Shown one piece after another: positions 58,462 through 64,000 of a DNA stretch of 64,000 nt (position 1 is the stretch's first letter; every line of letters starts with the position of its first letter). Below the pieces are notes generated by a model. The model was given only the letters and a program-made list of their open reading frames with translations. It did not search any database and was not told the origin of the DNA. This stretch comes from Saprolegnia diclina VS20 (Eukaryota), in assembly GCF_000281045.1 (NCBI RefSeq), contig NW_008246070.1, forward strand, positions 1,162,193 through 1,226,192, read 5' to 3'. The translations under genes and the position numbers were made by a program.

Positions 58462-59291
58462 TTCGGACCCGCTTTTGCAGGTCGACAAAGGTACAGGCCG
58501 CGGCCGATCTATGATCAGGCGCGGGGTCGCTTGCGAGTTGTCATACGAGTGCAGAAGGCGCACATGGTCGTCGTGCGTAATGCGGCTAGGCAGCGGCAGA
58601 TGGCGGCGACGGCCTACCCACCGCCCAGAGCGGCGAGTTCGTCCAACGCAGCATGCAGCTGATGCGAACCCCAAATGGCTTTTCTGAAGGACCCAAAGAT
58701 CCAGTGCCAACACCGGATTTCAGGAGTCCCAAAATGCGTTTTCGACCACCCCTTGGAAAAAATAATGGCAATCAAGATGGTGCCGCGGTGTGCAGCATAT
58801 ATATACGATAGCAGCACTCAGCACGCGAGTCACATGCTCTCTATCTCGGATTCCTTGCTGCGGGGCGATCAACGTGCAGTGGTTCAGGCCCCAACGCGAG
58901 CGCGGGAAAGGCGCTTCAGTGATCGTTCAGATACGATGATGACCAGATAGACAGCACCGACAAGATGAAAGGCGACAGCGTAATGTGGAAACCTCTGCCG
59001 TAGGTAGCTTCGTCAACCAGGGCGGGAGCGACCGTTCACCGCCACATTACCTTCATGGAGCAAAGACAGCCCGTTGCGTTCGACAACCCAGAAATGACGA
59101 CCAGCAGCAATAAGCTCATCTTGCATGGAGTATTGTTGAGCGACTGCATTCGACTACGGCAGTGTCTTTGGTTGAGCGCCACATCGTAACTGGCTTGCAG
59201 TTTCGTGTCGCGGATCGTCAAGTAGGGGGTCCTACTCAAAAATACGTGCGAAATGGCAAAAAACAAGCAGCGATATTCAGAGGGGAGAACC

Positions 59292-59997
59292 ATGGGCCGG
59301 CGCAATCCCCGCTCGCCTCGGACGTCGTCGGTGCCAGTCCTCGCTGCGTGCATGCGGTCGTCGAGGAAGGCGACGCTGCGGTCACATGCCAAGGCGGCCA
59401 CCGCCAAGGTCCTCTCGGCCCACGCCCCGAAGCGCGTAGTACGTGGCACGACCCACCCATGGCTTGGCCGAACACGTGTTGGTGGTACTCTGTAGTCTAG
59501 ACGAACGGACGCCAGTGCTACGGTTCCCACGACGTTCGCGCCAACGAGCAGTGCAGTCGCCCCGCGCGTTCCGCCGCGTGAAAAGGCGAAGAGTGGCCAG
59601 TCTCGGAACGTTCTCGCGACGCCGCTGCCAAAGGGCGTCCAGTACGTGGATGCCAACTACAGCAGTGGCACGGACATGGAAGGCGAAGACGACATTGATG
59701 AGCGCGTCTTATCCGGCTTTCCACCCGCGCTGCGGACGCTCGAGAAGGACACGGCGCTGCTCAAGAAGCTGTATCCGAGTGCGAAACCACGACTGCAGCA
59801 TACGATGTATATGGATGGCGCTGTGTGTAGGTATCGCTACGAGCGTCATCCAGCAGACGCTCATTGACACGATTCCCAAGCGCGACGACCAGCACTCGTA
59901 CTTTGCCAGCCTCGTTGACGCCAGCGCGCGCCTCGAAGCGCTGCAGAACGAAGCGCTGCAGTCCCGACGCAGTACCTTGCGCTCCGTCGACACCTAA
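59292..59997 (+). CDS. Hypothetical protein (spliced; model uncertain)
   Basis: Coding-like composition; ORF pieces join through ~45-nt GT-AG introns. No recognised domain. Confidence 0.4.
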
Positions 59998-60312
59998 TCG
60001 AGCGAGCTGGGACGAGTTGGTACCACTTTCATATCAGAGAATGCGTACGTCGCCAAGGAGCCGGCGACACCATCTGTCGTTCGCGGGTGCAGCCCACTTT
60101 GATGCTCGTCTTTGCCTCTTCGTTGACGTCGCATGGGCGCGGTGAAGTGGTCACTTGAGGAGCAGACGGCAGAGCTGAACGATATCGGCGACCAGGCGTG
60201 GGATCGCAAAGAGACAGACAGACCAACGCTTAGAGGTTGAGTCGATGGGGTGTCGCCACGTTTAGGGGTGGGGGTCATGACGAGGTTGACTAATTATAAC
60301 TCGACCGACGCC

Positions 60313-61848
60313 ATGGACAACGACGGGGCGGCCGACGACGCCGACGTCCCCGCCGTCGACGACTCGGTGCCGATGAACTTTCTCCTCGGTGATCGCATTC
60401 GCTTCTACAGCAATGGGACGGCGCCGATCAAGGTGGTTGCGGTACGTCCCAGCGGATCGCTTGTGAGCGTGCACGAGCTAGCGTCCTGTAGCAACCTCGC
60501 CCGCGCACCCCCACCGACTTTACCGACATGAGCAAGCGCGAGCGCGAAGTCCGAGCCAAAATGGTGCTGGACCCCATCAACGTGACGCGCACGTTCTTGA
60601 CGACCGTCAAGGTGGACGAGGCACCGGCGCCGTCGACGTCACCAGCGGCCTCGCCACAGCCCACGTCCGCCGGTCGCTTGGCTTGCATTTCGACTTATTG
60701 CTGTGTAGTCGCTCGTTCCAGTCCACAGCGGCGCGCAAGCAGCGCGAGAAGCAGCGACTGCAGGACCAGCGACGCCACGCGTCCATTTCGTGGCGAGGCG
60801 GCGATGACGACGCGAATGACGCTGTTCAGGATACGAGCATGGATACGTCCCATGGCTACCTTCGCCCCAAAGTCTTTCTGCCCGTCGCGATCTCGCGAGC
60901 ACCGACACTGCAGAGCGCCGACAAGCACACCGGTCGGCTAATGAACTCCAGGCACCGGTCGACATGTCTCTGTAGTCATCAAATCCGAGGTCGACAAGGC
61001 GCGGGCCAAGGTCGACTGGCGCTTGCACCACGCCCAGCGGGTGCTGGAGGTCACAAAAGCCCAGCAAGAATTCGCCCAACAAGTGCTTTCGCATGGGGCA
61101 ACGGCCCGCGAGAGCGACAAGAGCCGCAAGTGCGTTCATATCAAATGCTCATCATTGACGTCAACGCGCTCTGTACCGTAGTCAGCTTATGGAGGCAAAA
61201 CGCAAGGACATGGAGCGGCGAAAGCACGAACAAGAGCTCGACCTGGCCGCCGCCAAGCTCGAGAAGGAGCAGTCACGCTTGGACCTCCATCGCGACGTGG
61301 ACGAGCGCAACCGCGCGGCCAAGATGCGCAAGGTACGTCCAAGACGTCAGTGATACAAATCTCCATCAAACACGGACCTGTAGGGCAACATGGTGAGCAA
61401 ACTCAAGGACCGAGTCGAATACTTCCAGCGAAAAGGACTGAATGGCCGCGTCTCGAATCAGTACAAGCTGCAAGACGACGTGCTTGACGCGGGCGATGAT
61501 GTACCGCTGCCGCGCGCAGATGCACCTACGTTGCGCTCGTTCAAGCCCAGTCGCCGGCGGCCCCGGGACAAGTACACGATCGACGCGACGGCCCGACCCA
61601 AGCCCGTGTTTGGCGGCGGGTTCCACATCGAGCCGGCCAAGTGCCACGACACCGACGACGAGAACGAGAACGAGAGCGACTGGGAGGTGTCGAAAGCCGG
61701 CGATATACAGCATACAGGTCTATTTCTGCTCGAGAAGCTGCAAGCATTGCGAACCAATAGCAAAGGCCACATGGGCATCTACTCGTCGTCGTCGTTGTGC
61801 TCCTTCTGCGTCGACTTTTTCGGGCGGCAGATGACGGCCGTGCCGTAG
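60313..61848 (+). CDS. Hypothetical coiled-coil protein (multi-exon)
   Basis: Chain of short exons with GT-AG introns and charged helical segments. No recognised domain. Confidence 0.45.
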
Positions 61849-62291
61849 CACACGCTGCTGCAGTGCAAGCCAAAGACAAACCGATTCATGGCGAGGTTGG
61901 TCTCAAACTTGGTGCGCACAACAGCCGTGGCGCCTTGGGCCTATATTAGACGCATGAGGAGGCTATCGCAACAGACAACGATGGGGTGTACGAGCGCAGC
62001 TGCCTTCATACGGTGCACCGCTTCGTTGTTCGTCTCATTCATGAGCGACGAGTACGAACGCGTCTCGCCGCCGAGGACGCCGCCAAACGCAGCGAGGATG
62101 TCTTCGAGGATGTTCTTGGTGCGGACGACGTTGCCGCAGACCATGCCGAGCTCCTGGATGACCTCGCGGCCTTCGATTTGATCGCGGGTCGAGAGAAGCA
62201 GCGGCGTCTCCTTGATGTAGTCGGGGCTCATGATCGTTACTCGTGGCGTCGCCGTCGTCGAGAAGCGCGCCGCTCGCCGTACGAGCATCAT
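61779..62291 (-). CDS. YbjQ/UPF0145-family protein with possible mitochondrial presequence
   Basis: 'LSTRDQIEGREVIQELGMVCGNVV...DILAAFGGVLGGETRSYSSLM...EAVHRMKAAAL/AQGATAVV...YGTAV'; one intron ~61941-61991. Confidence 0.85.
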
Positions 62292-62630
62292 CGTCGGTCG
62301 TTTGTCTGTGCGGGTTGAAATCTGACAACGCCGCCGACGTCAGCCGCTCCGGATTGGCCGAAAGCCCACGATACACTGGCAGGCCATTGGTCCAATTCAT
62401 GCACTCTATTTCTGTGTGCGCGACGAAATGCAAACACTATTCCCGTTTCCTTCCACTTTCAATGACTCCTTGACAAGGAGCGAAGATCGCAGTGCCCGTG
62501 CCTGAATCCACTGAGATCTAGAAACTTCAGTCTTCAAGCAAACGACGTCTTGTATGCAGGTTAGAAGAGGTTTGCTGTGGAGATCTGGCTACGTGGAGCC
62601 TGTATGATACACTATTTTAAAGGTATGCCA

Positions 62631-62655
62631 GGATTGGCTAAAAAAGAGCCAATCC
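62631..62655. promoter_or_regulatory. Pair of inverted CCAAT boxes (GGATTGGCT-N7-AGCCAATCC) in the divergent YbjQ/ELL-like intergenic region
   Basis: Perfect 9-bp inverted repeat. The related GATTGGYYAAAA motif also occurs upstream of genes at 6101, 15017 and 42259, with a reverse variant at 21117. Confidence 0.6.
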
Positions 62656-62676
62656 TACGCAGCGCGACCGACTGCG

Positions 62677-64000
62677 ATGGAGCCGTCGGCCAAGGTATAT
62701 CGACCTGCCACCGCCTCCGAGCTCATACCTCCGTAGTATGCGCTGTACCATGCAACGGACCCAGCCTCGCTCAAGTGGGCGGCGAAGATCCGCCTGACGC
62801 CTGAGCTGCTGGCCAAGCTCCAGGACGGCTCCGTGGCCGATGATCTCTCGCTTACGTTCTCGGCCGACAAGGCAGAGCCGAGCGTCCTGCGCGTTGGCGA
62901 CGAGGCCTTTGAGCTGCTCACGTACCCCGAAGATGCTTCGGTAAACCATCTCTGCACGCTGAGCCCCGAGGACGACGGGCGTGGCTACTCGTTCTACGAA
63001 ACCGGGCGCATCGCCAAGAAGCTCATCGTTCAGCGGCTCTTGGACAGCACAGAGAAGGACCGGCTCAAGGACCGCCACGCCAAGTCTGTGGAAGACTACA
63101 AGTCGCGCAGCTCCAAGCTCCTTGAGGACAAGCCGACGCGCGGCGAGCGAAAACGGACGCGCACTGTCATCTGGCAACCGGACACTCCTGCAGCGGCCGC
63201 CCCAGCGTACGTCGCTTCTCATATGCGCCGCAAGCTCATGCACCCTCTCTCCTCTACAGACAGAAGAAGCCTTCGACGGCGTTTGCTTCGGCGCTAACGC
63301 CCGACCAGCTCGAGACGATCACGCATGAAATCGCCAAAATGGTCGAGGTTGAGCCCCCAAAAGTCGAGCCGATTCGGACAATCGACGCAGTCCCGAAGGT
63401 CGAGGTCAAACCAGCTTCGAAGGCTGTATTTCCTGCGACTGCGCTCCCTAAAACTACCGAAGCAGCTTTGGTCGACGTGCCCAAGTCCAAGGTCAAGGCA
63501 AAGTCCAAGACCATCGTTGCCAAGACGTCATCCCCGATTCCGCGAGCACCTGCGACCATGAACGCTGACGAACCACCCACCAAAGCTGCAGCAAGTGTTG
63601 TCGGCGTCGTGCCGTCACTGGATGCCGCCGTGCCGGCACTTGTGCCGCGCGTCCCAGAAGCCACCAAGCTCATCCGTGCCAAGCGTCGCGTGCTCTCCCC
63701 CGCCGTGCACACGCTCTCGACCTTTACGACGGACATGGAAACCATCTTCAAGAGATACAGCAGCACGCGTACTAGACCAACGCCATCTCGTGTATGGTAC
63801 AACGTGGATCGTAGGCCATTCGGTGACCGCAATTGCCAATGACAACGAGTTGGCGGCGTGCGAGGCCGCGCTCACCGAGCACGTGGCTGCGTGGACGCTT
63901 CTTGAAAAAGTTCTATACCGCACACCATGTTTCTCGCTCACTCAGTTCTTATCTTTAGTCGTACTCGATTGAGGTTGTCCTCACCAACACGAAGGCCATC
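62677..64000 (+). CDS. Possible RNA polymerase II elongation factor ELL-like protein, 3'-partial
   Basis: N-terminal 'KIRLTPELLAKL...LRVGDEAFEL...ETGRIAKKLIVQRLLD...RLKDRH...KSR' resembles the ELL N-domain. A Pro/Lys-rich linker follows, then 'IANDNELAACE...' resembling the start of an occludin/ELL domain. Confidence 0.5.

Overview
Gene-dense eukaryotic DNA with GC-rich coding regions and many very short GT-AG introns (mostly ~40-60 nt). Gene content and promoter motifs point to an oomycete, probably Saprolegniales (inference). About 27 protein-coding loci, in order: RGS+DENN protein (5'-partial); RNAi-type RNA-dependent RNA polymerase head-to-head with meiotic MSH4; amino-acid transporter; APC6/Cdc16; CK1/TTBK-like kinase; unknown membrane protein; AstE/AspA-like deacylase; F-box/WD40; HAD-IGPD (HisB-like) fusion; two near-identical GH5 genes in a ~2.1-kb inverted duplication around an MFS transporter; Myb/SANT-like protein; EF-hand-IQ-WW protein; CEP44; ankyrin-repeat gene; MINPP1-like phosphatase; PH-PH-TBC; Kir channel; pogo/CENP-B-like protein; pirin; GST; amidase; GH81; two unknowns; YbjQ-like; ELL-like (3'-partial). 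Two assembly gaps. Most notable: (1) an intact pogo-derived protein with a doubled HTH and all three catalytic Asp positions replaced (likely domesticated); (2) the GH5 palindrome, with an identity gradient and a thrice-repeated multi-hairpin element carrying a B-box-like motif; (3) an ankyrin gene built from nine consecutive 99-nt phase-0 exons; (4) the RdRP/MSH4 divergent pair. All family calls come from motif recognition by eye. No searches were run and exon boundaries are manual.
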